Source: Halocafeteria seosinensis
Taxonomy: Eukaryota
Direction: 5' to 3'
Assembly (NCBI GenBank): GCA_001687465.1
Contig: LVLI01000055.1
Span: 1 to 64,000, forward strand
DNA: 64,000 nucleotides
Below, piece after piece: positions 40,589 through 51,693 of the stretch (the stretch's first letter is position 1; every line of letters starts with the position of its first letter). A model generated the notes under the pieces. It was given only the letters and a program-made list of their open reading frames with translations. It ran no database searches and was not told where the DNA came from. The translations under genes and the position numbers were made by a program.

Positions 40589-41839
40589 ATGTTTTTAAAG
40601 CATTTGCCAGAACTCTTTCGAGGGGCTGTCTTCGTCCTCTCTACGGCCTCCATGCTTCTCTTGATTCGATTGATCGGGGAAGTCTTTGGAGATCATATTT
40701 TCTTCTTCTTGCCATGGATGTTTCTGCTTCAGACGATCTGCTTGCTCCTATTATTCACCTTCAGAAACTTGAGAAGCAAGGTTGAACTGGATCCGATTCT
40801 CGATCATGCACCTTGGAAGAGCCGAGTGATCCTGATAATGTCTGCTTCGCTGACACTGAATGCGGCGGGGGTCTTCACAACATCAAAGTACATATCTGGA
40901 CCTCTGCAAACGATTCTGGGCATGTCTCCTCTTATTTTCGCTCCGCTCTTTGACTATCTGTTCTTAAAAGCCCAAATTACATGGAAGCAGATGTCAGGAG
41001 TTCTTATCTGCTTGGCAGGTGTGACAGTGTCGCTGGTAACTCGCGGTCTGGATGGGAAGGAGAGTACCAATGTCCTGGCAGTCGTAATCCAGATATTAGC
41101 CTTGGCTATCATGCCAGGGCTCAGCATACTCAAAGAGGTATGGTTCGTTCCACGGCCGCAGTGGCATCGAGCTTCTGGGAGGGCACCAAATATCGAATGG
41201 AACGTGCTGTTTTACTGTTTCTTTCAAATACCGTGGCACTTCTCGTTCCTCGTTTTCTACGCAAGTGTTGGGATGCCGAAATTCGGAGATATCGGATCCA
41301 ATTTCCACAGTGGTGCCAAATGCTTTTTCGAAAGGACAGGAGGTGCCTCTAGTGAAAACTGTTCGGACGTTTGGTGGGTTATAACCGTTCTCGGAGTGGT
41401 CACAGTGGTTCAAATCACCTCCTCGTTTTATGTTGCAAAGGAGGACAGCGGCGCGTACAGTATTGTTTTGCAGTCTGCTGCCCCATTCTTAGCTGACCTC
41501 GTATTTGGCAGCAAAAAGATTATGGGACAATATGAAGAAAACGTCAGTCCCTGGATTTGGCTGTCCTTGGGACTCACAGTTATTGGATGTGGAATCTACC
41601 GATGGGGAAGCACCGATCCACTAGAGAAAGTAAATCAGGACCCTACTTGGTTTCACAAATTTGTGTTGGGCGCTCCCGACTCATCACTCAAATCAGCACC
41701 TTTGGTGAAGCGCGACCACCTTGCAAGTGAACATAGTAGTATTAATCCCCCGAATGACAACATGGAGAACGAGCGGGATCCCGAAGATGGCGATTGCAAT
41801 CCTTTGCTCTCAGTTTCAGGATACAAAGAGGAATCATGA
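40589..41839 (+). CDS. Drug/metabolite transporter superfamily protein, CRT/CLT-like, intronless
   Basis: About 10 TM helices. YISGPLQTIL..FDYLFLKAQIT..QMSGVLICLAGV (DMT), plus a Cys-pair loop GAKCFF..SENCSD as in CRT-like proteins. Confidence 0.7.
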   Translation: MFLKHLPELFRGAVFVLSTASMLLLIRLIGEVFGDHIFFFLPWMFLLQTICLLLLFTFRNLRSKVELDPILDHAPWKSRVILIMSASLTLNAAGVFTTSKYISGPLQTILGMSPLIFAPLFDYLFLKAQITWKQMSGVLICLAGVTVSLVTRGLDGKESTNVLAVVIQILALAIMPGLSILKEVWFVPRPQWHRASGRAPNIEWNVLFYCFFQIPWHFSFLVFYASVGMPKFGDIGSNFHSGAKCFFERTGGASSENCSDVWWVITVLGVVTVVQITSSFYVAKEDSGAYSIVLQSAAPFLADLVFGSKKIMGQYEENVSPWIWLSLGLTVIGCGIYRWGSTDPLEKVNQDPTWFHKFVLGAPDSSLKSAPLVKRDHLASEHSSINPPNDNMENERDPEDGDCNPLLSVSGYKEES

Positions 41840-43240
41840 TACGCGTACAATGATGCTGCTAGTACAAGCATTTGCAGTTTCGAATGCAGAAATCTTTGTC
41901 CCAATATAATTCCTGTTTCAAACATAACCAAAATTACACAAGCAATGGAGGGAATCCAGCCATGCCAGTAGCAGTGCTGCTGTAACGAATATAGTCAACG
42001 TGGATTTCAGCCTAATAATAGTGCTACCATCCACTCACGTAGAATAACTTATCCCGACCTCCACGCTGAGCTCACTCAAGGATAGAGAGTGGGCGGCCTC
42101 GGCCGCCACCTCCATATTTCTGTGTACTGGAATTCGGCACGTTGCCTTGCCAACCAAACGGCCAACGTTCTCACGCCTACGAAAGCTACTGGAACAAACC
42201 GAAGCTACGAAAACACCTGGGCAAGATGTTGCAGAGAGTAGCTACACGGCCTCTGAAAGGGACGCTGAACCCACAGCAGAAAGCGTTACTGAGAGCATGC
42301 CGAGCGGACGGAGCAGCAGCAGCAGAAACACTTGGCTAAGCAGCATGGCTATACGCAGCAGCACCTTGAAAAGGATTTACACTAACCGACCCTGAGTACA
42401 TGGTAGCACTGCGCCTACACCTAGGGCTCCCCCAAACTAACCTTTTTACGGGGCCATCCAGTGAATGCTGTGGAGATCGACGAACCGCTGCACCACGCAC
42501 TGGGGTGCGGCAAAGCAGGGAACGCCACGCAAAGGATCCGTCGTCATGACGGGATAGCAGTGGAACTGGAGAACTACATCTGCATGAGTCAAATGCCAGG
42601 AGAGAGAAAGGTGCTCGTAGATCCGTGAAATGAAGGAGAGGCGAGGCCATTAATGGACCTGGTAGCAAAGGGCCCAACGAGCACACTGTACGTCGATTAG
42701 CTTTCCTGGCAATTCTCTTGAGGAACTTGATGGCGTCTTCCCGAAGCCGCCCGTCGCCTCTATCGCGGAGGGGATAATTTCCGTGTGGTAGTCCCTCAGG
42801 TGCCCGTGTATTTTGTCCGCTTAATCTTCTCCGCTTTTGCCGCGATGTTGAGGGGCTTCCTGCTGTCCTGGCGATCTCCCGCTGGGGAACAAGGGAGATG
42901 CGGAACTTCCGCAAGCTGATGACGGCCAAACTGTCAGTCACGTTGATGCGCCACAACGTGAAGATGTTGGACCGATTGCGGGTAGGGTTTACCTCTCATA
43001 CGGCGTAGCGTAGGCTGTAGCAGACACGTCTTCCGGTAGGAGCAATACCACTACACATCTTTGAACTTGAACTTCGGCGGGAAGTAGGCACAGTATAGTC
43101 GAAAAGATGTCGTAACACACGAAATGTACTTGATAAACCCTACGTGTGTTGCTGTATAAGATTGAGTCAATAAGATCATCATCAACATCTTGAGTATTTT
43201 CTAAAAGGACTACCTTTAGACCAAAACCACATCGCCCGTC

Positions 43241-44152
43241 ATGTCCATCGCCACACAGTGCCTTACGCTTAAGGCTTTGAAAGCAACCGCGGAATATTTA
43301 TCATCAGTCCTGCAAAGAGGAAAACTAAGCTTACCCCTGGAGAATTGGTGGAGGCTCTATTACAACCCTTATCAAAATATGTTGTTCACAGCTGAGCTAG
43401 ACCGCGAGTATCGACTCAACTTTTCCTTTTCCCGTAGTGAGGTCCCCGCGTGCTATTTGGCCCATTCTCTAGGTCAGGGTGCAAACCAATTTACGTTAAT
43501 TCCAGACGCAGACAGGACCAATTGGACGCTTGATACGAAAGGACAAATTCCCTTTCGATGGTTGCTCATGTTACAAGACTTCTATTGGGGTTTTCAGGAA
43601 AATCAAGCCAAAGTTGACAAACCGTGTACTAATGACTCGGTGAATTTCTGGCGACGCTTATTGAAGGAACTTCCGGAGGAAACCTGTTGGGAACTGGTTC
43701 GCGAGGCTTGTCGCGGCAGAACAAAGCGATTTGAAGTGGTCAATGCAGATCCTAATTTCCGCCCTTATGGTACCGGTGGGGAGACCTTCCGCAAGACGCT
43801 TGCACCTCCGCCCTCACCTCCCTATTTCTGGTGTACGGACAATGTGCGCATTTCTTCCCAAGCAGCGTACGTTCTGGAGCAAAGCAAACAGTTCATGTCA
43901 TTGGACCACCTGCCATATCAAAATTTCCCGGCGGCGGAAGGTGGTATACAGGTACCACGGTCGAGGTTCGTCGAGGACTGGACTAAGTTCAAAGCTGAAG
44001 CACCCGGTCGCACATGGTATACTGGTGCCGATGTTAGAGGGACTAGTGAGTACCACAATGGTTCCGGTGACGTCATTACCCCGGAAGAATTAACTGTAAT
44101 GATGGAAGCATTTCGGTTCCTTGGCTGTAACGTCCGGACGGTTCGGTCTTGA
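43241..44152 (+). CDS. Orphan intronless hypothetical protein (303 aa, Trp/Tyr-rich)
   Basis: Long ATG-initiated ORF with globular composition. No family recognised. Confidence 0.55.
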   Translation: MSIATQCLTLKALKATAEYLSSVLQRGKLSLPLENWWRLYYNPYQNMLFTAELDREYRLNFSFSRSEVPACYLAHSLGQGANQFTLIPDADRTNWTLDTKGQIPFRWLLMLQDFYWGFQENQAKVDKPCTNDSVNFWRRLLKELPEETCWELVREACRGRTKRFEVVNADPNFRPYGTGGETFRKTLAPPPSPPYFWCTDNVRISSQAAYVLEQSKQFMSLDHLPYQNFPAAEGGIQVPRSRFVEDWTKFKAEAPGRTWYTGADVRGTSEYHNGSGDVITPEELTVMMEAFRFLGCNVRTVRS

Positions 44153-45018
44153 ATTTAGTGGTCCTGTATGCCTTGCGAAAAAAGGCAAATTTTTTATGTG
44201 TGGCAGCAGCATAGTTCCAGAAGAATGCGAAAGCAAGTAACCTATCAAAACATTCACGTTACAGAAACAATGTCTGAGCCGCCACTATTTCTCCGGGTAG
44301 GAGCAATACAAACAGACGCCACCACCCATGAACATGGATGCAGGCCCACGCGGATATCCAGTGACTTGTTATCTCCCCTTGATTCCCTCATCAAACTTGC
44401 AAGTAGACAAGTTTACCTTACCGGCTCTGGATATGCTGTTCAGCAACCACTTCTTATCCGGAGTGATATACAACCTGCTGCACGTTGCGACGTTGCGAGC
44501 CTCACTTCCTTGAGTTCAAATGGTATTTTTACAATTTTATCGGGACCCTCCCTGCCTTGCTGCTATTGCTAGAACCACTCTTTCACCTCCTCTATTATCC
44601 TTGTTGTTCACGACTCTCGATGCCAGTACAGCCAGGTAGCCTGCAATTCTAAACTTTCTAAAGTACTTGTACAGAGGAGTTATCTTCCTGCGGAAAAAGG
44701 GAGTATAAGACCTGCGCCACTCTGCAATACAATGGCTTGGTTCCGTAATCAATGAGTGTTGGTGACCGCTGGCTGTAAGGAAATGTTTCAAATGATTCCA
44801 CATGGGATCTTCACGATTGCTGCTACTGTTTGAAAACAGTGAGCACAACAGTTTCGATTCGTTTTGGTTTGTTGGTGTCCAAAGCATGTTTGTTGTTGAA
44901 GATCCATGTAATAGTGGCAAGAAAAAAGAAGAGGACTACCTTTTTTTTCTTTCTCTTTTCGTTACTGTATTTCCCCCAAGATTAGTGTAGAAGTCATCCA
45001 AGGATACCCTCCCAAACT

Positions 45019-46971
45019 ATGAGTACTCCCGATAAGAACACTTCCAATGGCGCTGGTGCCGGGGACGGTGGGGTGAATGAAAGTGGTGCACCACCTTCTA
45101 CTTCATTATCTCCTACCACAGGAGGAGCTGGAGCTGGTGTAGCTTCTGGCGGCAACGATGAGGAAGCTGCCGCTGCCACCAAGTTCGTCGATGAAGCCGG
45201 AAATTATTTGAGCGAGTTTAATTTCCGGACTTTAATGGAATGGCTGACGGCAGAGGCTCTCTTTGAGATGCCGGAGGACCCATTGAGCTTCATATGTGCC
45301 GTAACAAAGGACCGCTTGAGGCAGAGAACGCAGCCGGGGTATCGGGCCTCCGATGCTGACGATTATCTCCATGATTGCTATGATCTCCAGACTTCAGATT
45401 CGAAGAGGAATGAGAAAAATGCTCAATTGAGGTCTCTGCAAAAGGAAATGCTCCAAGGAACGGATACCAAAGAGCAACAGCCAGTTGCAAGTGACGAGCA
45501 AACCACCCAACGGCTGCATCTGCTGCAGAGCCTTATTCAAGCCTCCCGGGCCATTGCCACCGAATTGGACCCCATGGATGCTACCAAGAATATCATTAGT
45601 GAATGTACTCGACTGTTGGAGGCCGATCGTGCAACGCTATTCAAGCTGGATGAACCCAAGGAGGAACTGGTGCTCATGGTGGCGGAAGGTGCCAAGAGCA
45701 TTCGCGTCCCCCTAGGACAGGGGATCGCCGGTACTGTTGCCTCCACCGGCAAGACAGAGAACATTGTCGATGCGTACCAGGACAGCCGCTTTGACTCGTC
45801 GAACGACCAGAAGACAGGCTATACAACGAAAAACATCTTGGCGGCTCCCGTTAGAGATGCAGGAGGCCGCACCGTGGGCGTGGTACAAGCTATAAACTGC
45901 ATGAGAGAGGGATCAACGGGCTTTTCCAAGACCGACGAGGAAGGTACGCTAAAGAATATGTAATCATTTGTTTTGATTCTTCCCGTTTTGCTCATGGGTT
46001 CCGAATGTTCTATACAGTCATTGACATTCTGGCGGCCCAAGCTGGGATTGCTCTTCGAAACGCTGACTTGTTTCAAGAGACAAGGCGAAGCCAAAACAAG
46101 GTTCGTCAAATGAAGAAGACGACCCGATACATCGAGAGTCAATTTGTCACTTTAAGCGTCTTGTGCTATACTTGTGGGATCAGGTTCGGGCGATGGTGGA
46201 AGTTATCAAGAGCATTAATTCTGACTTGGGCATCAACAGCTTGATGTTTACGATTGGTCAGAAGACTCCTGCGCTAGTGGATGCAGGTACGATTTTCTCT
46301 TTTCCAGTAAACGTTGACCGTTTTTTCTTTAGGATACGCGATGAGTTGCAGAGAGGTGCACCTTCTACTTGGCCAAGCATTCTGCAAGAGAGCTATGGGC
46401 TGTCCAAGGTGACATCAATTTTAAGATTTCCATTGACCAAGGAATTGCTGGACTAGTTGTGACCGAAAGAAATGGTATGGATATACACTACCAGATGCCC
46501 CGGTCTCTTCTATGTAACTTCTGTTACTAATCACTGATTATTTTGCTTGCAGTCTTGAATATTGTGGATGCTTACGAACATCCCCGCTTTAATCCCGAGA
46601 ACGACAAATCCACAGGGTATAGGACACGCCAAATGCTTTGTGTCCCGTTGTTTGGCTCTGCCAGTAATAGTGATAGCGGGGAGTCAGAAGTTATTGCTGT
46701 ATTGCAATTGATCAACAAAGTAGGTACCACGGAGTCCTTTAGCAAGGAAGATGAGGAGTTGGTGACATTATTCGGAAAGCTAGTGGGCCCCATCATTGAG
46801 AAGAGTCAACTGTTCCAACATCAGAACCGCAAAGGTAATGCCAACGAACTTGGAAGTGATTACACCAAAGGAAGGGGGACTAAGGATTCGTCTGCTGCAC
46901 CTGCCACGATTCAGGAAGGCGAGGAAGAAGATGGAGAAGAAGAAGAAGAGGAAGGTGCTGGACAGTCATAA
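45019..46971 (+). CDS. Tandem-GAF-domain protein with N-terminal RIIa/Dpy-30-like docking segment, multi-exon
   Basis: Two PDE-type GAFs (LLEADRATLF..GIAGTVA..NIVDAYQDSRFDSSNDQKTGYTTKNILAAP..VVQAIN; NIVDAYEHPRFNPENDKSTGYRTRQMLCVP..VLQLINK..FSKEDE). N-terminal LMEWLTAEALFEMPEDPLSFI. Confidence 0.85.
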
Positions 46972-47101
46972 CTGTTAAGTCACTATTGTCTTATTCACAT
47001 TACATAATAAATACCCGAGGAGTGTAACACACATACACTGGCAACGCATCGAGGTACTGCTTCATCTCTCCCATAGTTTCTCGCGCAGATAGATTGGCGG
47101 G

Positions 47102-48405
47102 TCAATGCCCCGCGCAAAACCACGTAATATTGAGTTCCTTTGCCAGTATCGTTTGCTGTCTTCCTTTGCGAACGCATACGGCACCTTTATAAAACGGTTC
47201 ACCTACTATTTCTTCGTCTGGCGGGTGATCATCTTGATCCATGGCAGATCCGTTCCGAGAAAAGTGGTCTGGCAGGGGATATTCTCCGGGTGCGGGCATG
47301 GTAACCCAGCAGCATTGACATGCGTACGCTACGGCACCCTCTAAACCATGTAGTTCTTTATCAAGCGCATCTCTATTAGGAAAATGATTCCTGAAAAACA
47401 TGTAGTCCACGTTGTCGCTCCACCCACGATTGTAGAATTGCTCGACGTTAAAGTCACAGCTAGTGCATTGCAAAAAGTTGCAGGCGCTGCAATATGAGCA
47501 TTCACGAAAATAAATATGTATGATGCATCACGCTTCTACGACAGGTATATATCATAAAGAAAACCTTACGTTTGCTGACTGACAGGACGTAAACAACCTC
47601 GCTTCATACTGGTCCCACCAAGATACACCGAAGAGCAACTGCAAATCCGTCATGACCCAAACACCCGATACAGATTCCACAAAGTGAACAGACGAAACAC
47701 AGCCAGAACGTACTGTAATGTAGAGGTCATACTGCGCACACTTTTGGAGTCTTTATCGCTATCAGAGTTATCTGTAAACCCACTTCCGTGCATAGCACTT
47801 TGGCTAAATCCCGTTGTACTTGCACGTTCATACGTGGGTGAGCATTCCGTCAGGTTCAAGAGTTCATCCAGTTCATCATGGTGTTTGGAACCGCCGCCAC
47901 ATTCGGAGCGACTGGACGTGAATTTTCGAGGTCGTGAATTGGACACCTTCCCCCCGTAGCCAGTTCCTGATCCCGTGCCTCCAAACGAATTGTGGCTTCC
48001 TTGACGCGTCGGAGACAAATGTCCTATGAAGTCATCCCTCGTGCCGGAGTCATCCCCGTCATCGTCACCCTCTAGGCCAGCTGTAAAATCAGGGTCGAGT
48101 CCCGAAGACCTCCTGGGATGCATGAAATCGCCTCCTGCAGCTCCTCCTCCTCCTTCGTCCCCGTCCGCGTACACTGAGGCCGCAGCTCCTCCTCCTGAGG
48201 GGCCGTCATTCTGAACGCGATGCAGGTGATGCTGGCGCAGACGAGACTTCATCAATTTGTTCGGGTTCCCGTGAGCTTGCTGTGCAGCTGCACCCCCACG
48301 AGCGACGAACCCTGTAGAAGAGGCATGGCGAGTTTGATGATCCGGTGCCGAAGCTGTGCTAAACGCTGAATTCACCTCATTCAAGAGGTCATCCAGGTCA
48401 GACAT
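47102..48405 (-). CDS. CFAP418: CFAP418/C8orf37-like ciliary protein, multi-exon
   Basis: MSDLDDLLNEV N-terminus; QCTSCDFNV..W..VDYMFFRNHFP..GAVAYACQCCW..WFCAGH C-terminus. Confidence 0.85.
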
Positions 48406-48815
48406 TTTGTTTAAATTGGTTTATTTATCGAGTGATAATCTAACTGGTCCAGTGGATGCAGACGTCCTAACAACCCGAAAAGGTTCTCGCGGACAGAAAC
48501 TTGTAGGTTTGTTTAACTAGCTTCCGGTAAACAGTAATTAGGGAACAAAAGTTCAAAATATAACGGGGAGTGTTAATTTCTCAGAGAGTAATGATAACTA
48601 CTCAGGTTACTAAGCAACCATGCTCTTTGTACTATGGATTTCTTCGCAGCTTTAATGCAAAAGGTCCTCGAAACCTTGAAGGTGCAAAATACACCACCGC
48701 ATCCATTCGATTTACAAAAATTGTATAAATCATGAATGCGCAAAAGGAGAAGTAGGAAGAAAAGTCTTCATAACACAAATGAAGCAAGAGCTTATCCTTC
48801 CGCTTACGGCATCAT

Positions 48816-50853
48816 TTAGTTAGAAACACCCAATTTCTTTTCGGCCGCCGTGAGAGCATCCGCGAAAATGTTCATGCAGGTGTCCAGATCATCTTCCTCG
48901 ATAATTAGAGGGGGTAACATTCTCATGACAGCTCCACCACGTCCTCCTTTCTCAAGAATGAGGCCGCGGCGCAGACACTCTTCTTGGAGTTTGTTTGCAA
49001 GAGCAGAGTGAGGCACGGGGTTCCCAAGATGATCATGAGTGGCTGCAACAATACAAGCGAAAAAAATAGTAAGAGATGAGACTACCTGCCCAAACGAATG
49101 AGAAATAACAACGTACTGTTATCCACGATTTCAATTCCTTGGATAAGTCCACGACCGCGGACGTCTCCGATGCTTTTGTGTGTCTTCTGCAACTCCGTCA
49201 TGAATTTGGTCATTTGTTCTCCACGCTTGGCTGAGTAGTCCCATAGCTTATGTTCCTTCATATATTCCAAACTTGCGCTTCCAGTCGCGAATGCCAAACC
49301 ATTGCCACGGAAAGTTCCAGTGTGCGCAGCAGGAGCCCACTCGTTCAAGTGCTCTTGGAAGGCGAACACCGACATTGGAAGGGAACCACCAACCGCCTTG
49401 GACATACAGACGACATCAGGCACGATTCCTCCATGCTCGTACGCAAAGAAGTCACCAGAGCGGCAGAAACCAGCTTGTACTTCATCGACAACAAGCGGGA
49501 TGTTGTGCTCCTTGGTTATTCTTCTAAGTTCCTTCAAGGCGTAGGCACTCATTGGCTGCACTCCGCCTTCACCTTGGATGGCTTCCATTACGACACACGC
49601 TGGTTTAGGGATACCAGATTCATCGTCTGTTAGACAAGTTTCGATGTACCGCATCACAGCCTTCTCTCCTTCTTCAGCGTCCATTCCGAATCTGCATGAT
49701 AGATGAAAACTCGTCGTTGAAAGATGTACAGCTCGTGGTTTCAAAAAAACGCTAACATACGGCTGTCTGTAAGGATAGGGGTAGGGGAAGAAGTGAACAT
49801 CAGTCATAAGACCTTGTACAGCATTCTTGGCACCGAGATTGCCCATCATTGCCAAGGGAGCTTGTCCGTGACCGTGATATCCTCCATGGAACGAAATCAC
49901 TGAGCGGCGTCCTGTGGCAATTTTGCACATTTTGACAGCGGCATCCAAACAATCAGTTCCAGCGGGAGACGGGAAGTGTAGACGAGTCAATTCCTTGGGA
50001 AGAACACTTGCCAAGTCAGTCATGAATTTATCCTTCCACGGAGTGGCCATGTCAAGATGTTGCAACGGTGCCTTACTGTCCAAGTACTGCATTTTCAACC
50101 GACGAGACGCGAAGGTAATTTTCACCGCAAAATATCCAACGAGTAACAAAGCGAAATACAGTTCACACTTACGCTTCTAATGGCATCATGGAGAACTGGG
50201 TGGTTGTGGCCCAAAGCTAGAGTTCCAGCCACTCCCAAGCAGTCATAGTACTGCTTTCCATCGGTATCTGTGAGGATGATACCTTCGGCTTTCTCAATAG
50301 CAAAGGGGAACTTTCGCACATATCCACGTGCATTCGATTCACGGAGGGCCGAGTTCTGTATGGAATAGAATCGACAAAAGTGACTTCCTGTGGGCGAGAA
50401 AACTACAAAAAAGGCCTGGGTTATTCCGTTCCCCAGAACACCCCTGCCCGCGGAACTGAAGTGAAATTTCAGAACACAAGGGGCGGTTCCATAAGAGCTT
50501 CGGAACAGGTGCTTCAAAATCACTGATTTTGAGCCCTTCATGAGCCACACAGAGCAGAGAACGAAACTAGAGAAAGTGATCTAACGCATGCATACCTTGA
50601 GAATTTCGTTCTGAGAAAGGAAAGGGCACTTGCCGGCATTTCCGTCGACGGGAGACTTTTGCGTCACATGGGGTCCAAAGGCGGATACACCATGCTTTTC
50701 TTCCAATGCGTCCAAGTTCTTGGTCAAGTAGCCGACAGGACCTTTGTTGTTGACTGTGGAAGCAGCTCGACGAGCAAGAGAAGGCCCTTGCTGGCGAGAA
50801 GTGCTCATTAAAGAGCGTGAAACACTACGGGTCGCCATGGAAGCAGCTGCCAT
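48816..50853 (-). CDS. ectB: Diaminobutyrate-2-oxoglutarate transaminase (EctB function; Dat-type class III PLP aminotransferase), 5 exons, mitochondrial-type presequence
   Basis: Introns 50595-50356, 50172-50087, 49760-49692 and 49116-49043 splice in frame. Motifs RESNARGY, GTLALGHNHP, FHGGYHG, EAIQGEGG, VDEVQAGFCRSG, SKAVGG (PLP Lys), HTGTFRGN, DVRGRGL, GLILEKGGR..RMLPPL. Confidence 0.9.
50356..50595 (-). other. Candidate structured RNA element in ectB intron 1 (240 nt)
   Basis: Four internal hairpins plus a closing stem found by eye. Carries the TTTTTGTAGTTTTC motif. Confidence 0.5.
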
Positions 50854-51293
50854 TTTCACTGTTCAAAATTGAACGATTCGCGCAGTAAAACAGACAAGCG
50901 ATTCAAAGCTTGGAATCAGTTGAAGGACAATTTTTTCTTTCGGAGAAGTTGACTTTGTGTCAAACACCTGAACTGGCTCAATAATGGAATCTACGTCACT
51001 AGGCTGTTCCCGCGTTTGTGAAGTTGGAAATGGGGTGGACCGTCCCCCACGGGGCCCCACCGTGGACGCGAAATTGAAATACTCAGCATTGGAGAATTCA
51101 CTCGTTTCCTTTTGTTAAGAGCTAAAAGCTGCAATCAGGAGACAGGGTCGCTGCTCTTTGAACGACATACAGTTGATTGGTAACATGATGTCTCAGTATC
51201 AAAGAAGGCAAACGGAGGATGCTGTAGACAGTACTGAGACGTATTCATTGCTTTGTTGGTGCCCTGTGGAAAACAGCGACTAATATACGTGCA

Positions 51294-51309
51294 TTAATGA
51301 CGTCATTAA
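51294..51309. promoter_or_regulatory. Perfect 16-bp palindrome with CRE core in the divergent ectB/ask promoter
   Basis: TTAATGACGTCATTAA. A G-box palindrome GCCACGTGGC follows at 51358-51367. Confidence 0.5.
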
Positions 51310-51693
51310 CACGCCATATAGGTTGTACTATTGGAGGCTGCATGTCGAGTCATCACGGCCACGTGGCACACCGTCTTCCGCCTTATTTCATTGACTGCTG
51401 CCAGAATGCCCGGAACTATCCATACAGACGATACAAAAATGTACCCGACATGGCTACAACGCTTCTGGTAGATTACAGACAAAAGGACACCACGCAGTTG
51501 CCAATTGCTGACTCGCCCGGACTCCGGACTCCGGAGCCACCTTCACAAGTGAAGTGATTGACGAATCCTCTGACACAAACTCAAATTCTCAGGGATTGTT
51601 GAGGTCCGGATTTTGAACGTTTATCGTATTCACACTGTGTTTTATCGTCCTATATTTGTTGCGTACATATACAGCAACTCTTATAACAGAAAA

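Noticed and set aside
51517..51536. Short tandem CCGGACT repeat in the ectB/ask spacer
   Set aside because: Fewer than 3 full units; compatible with chance or slippage.
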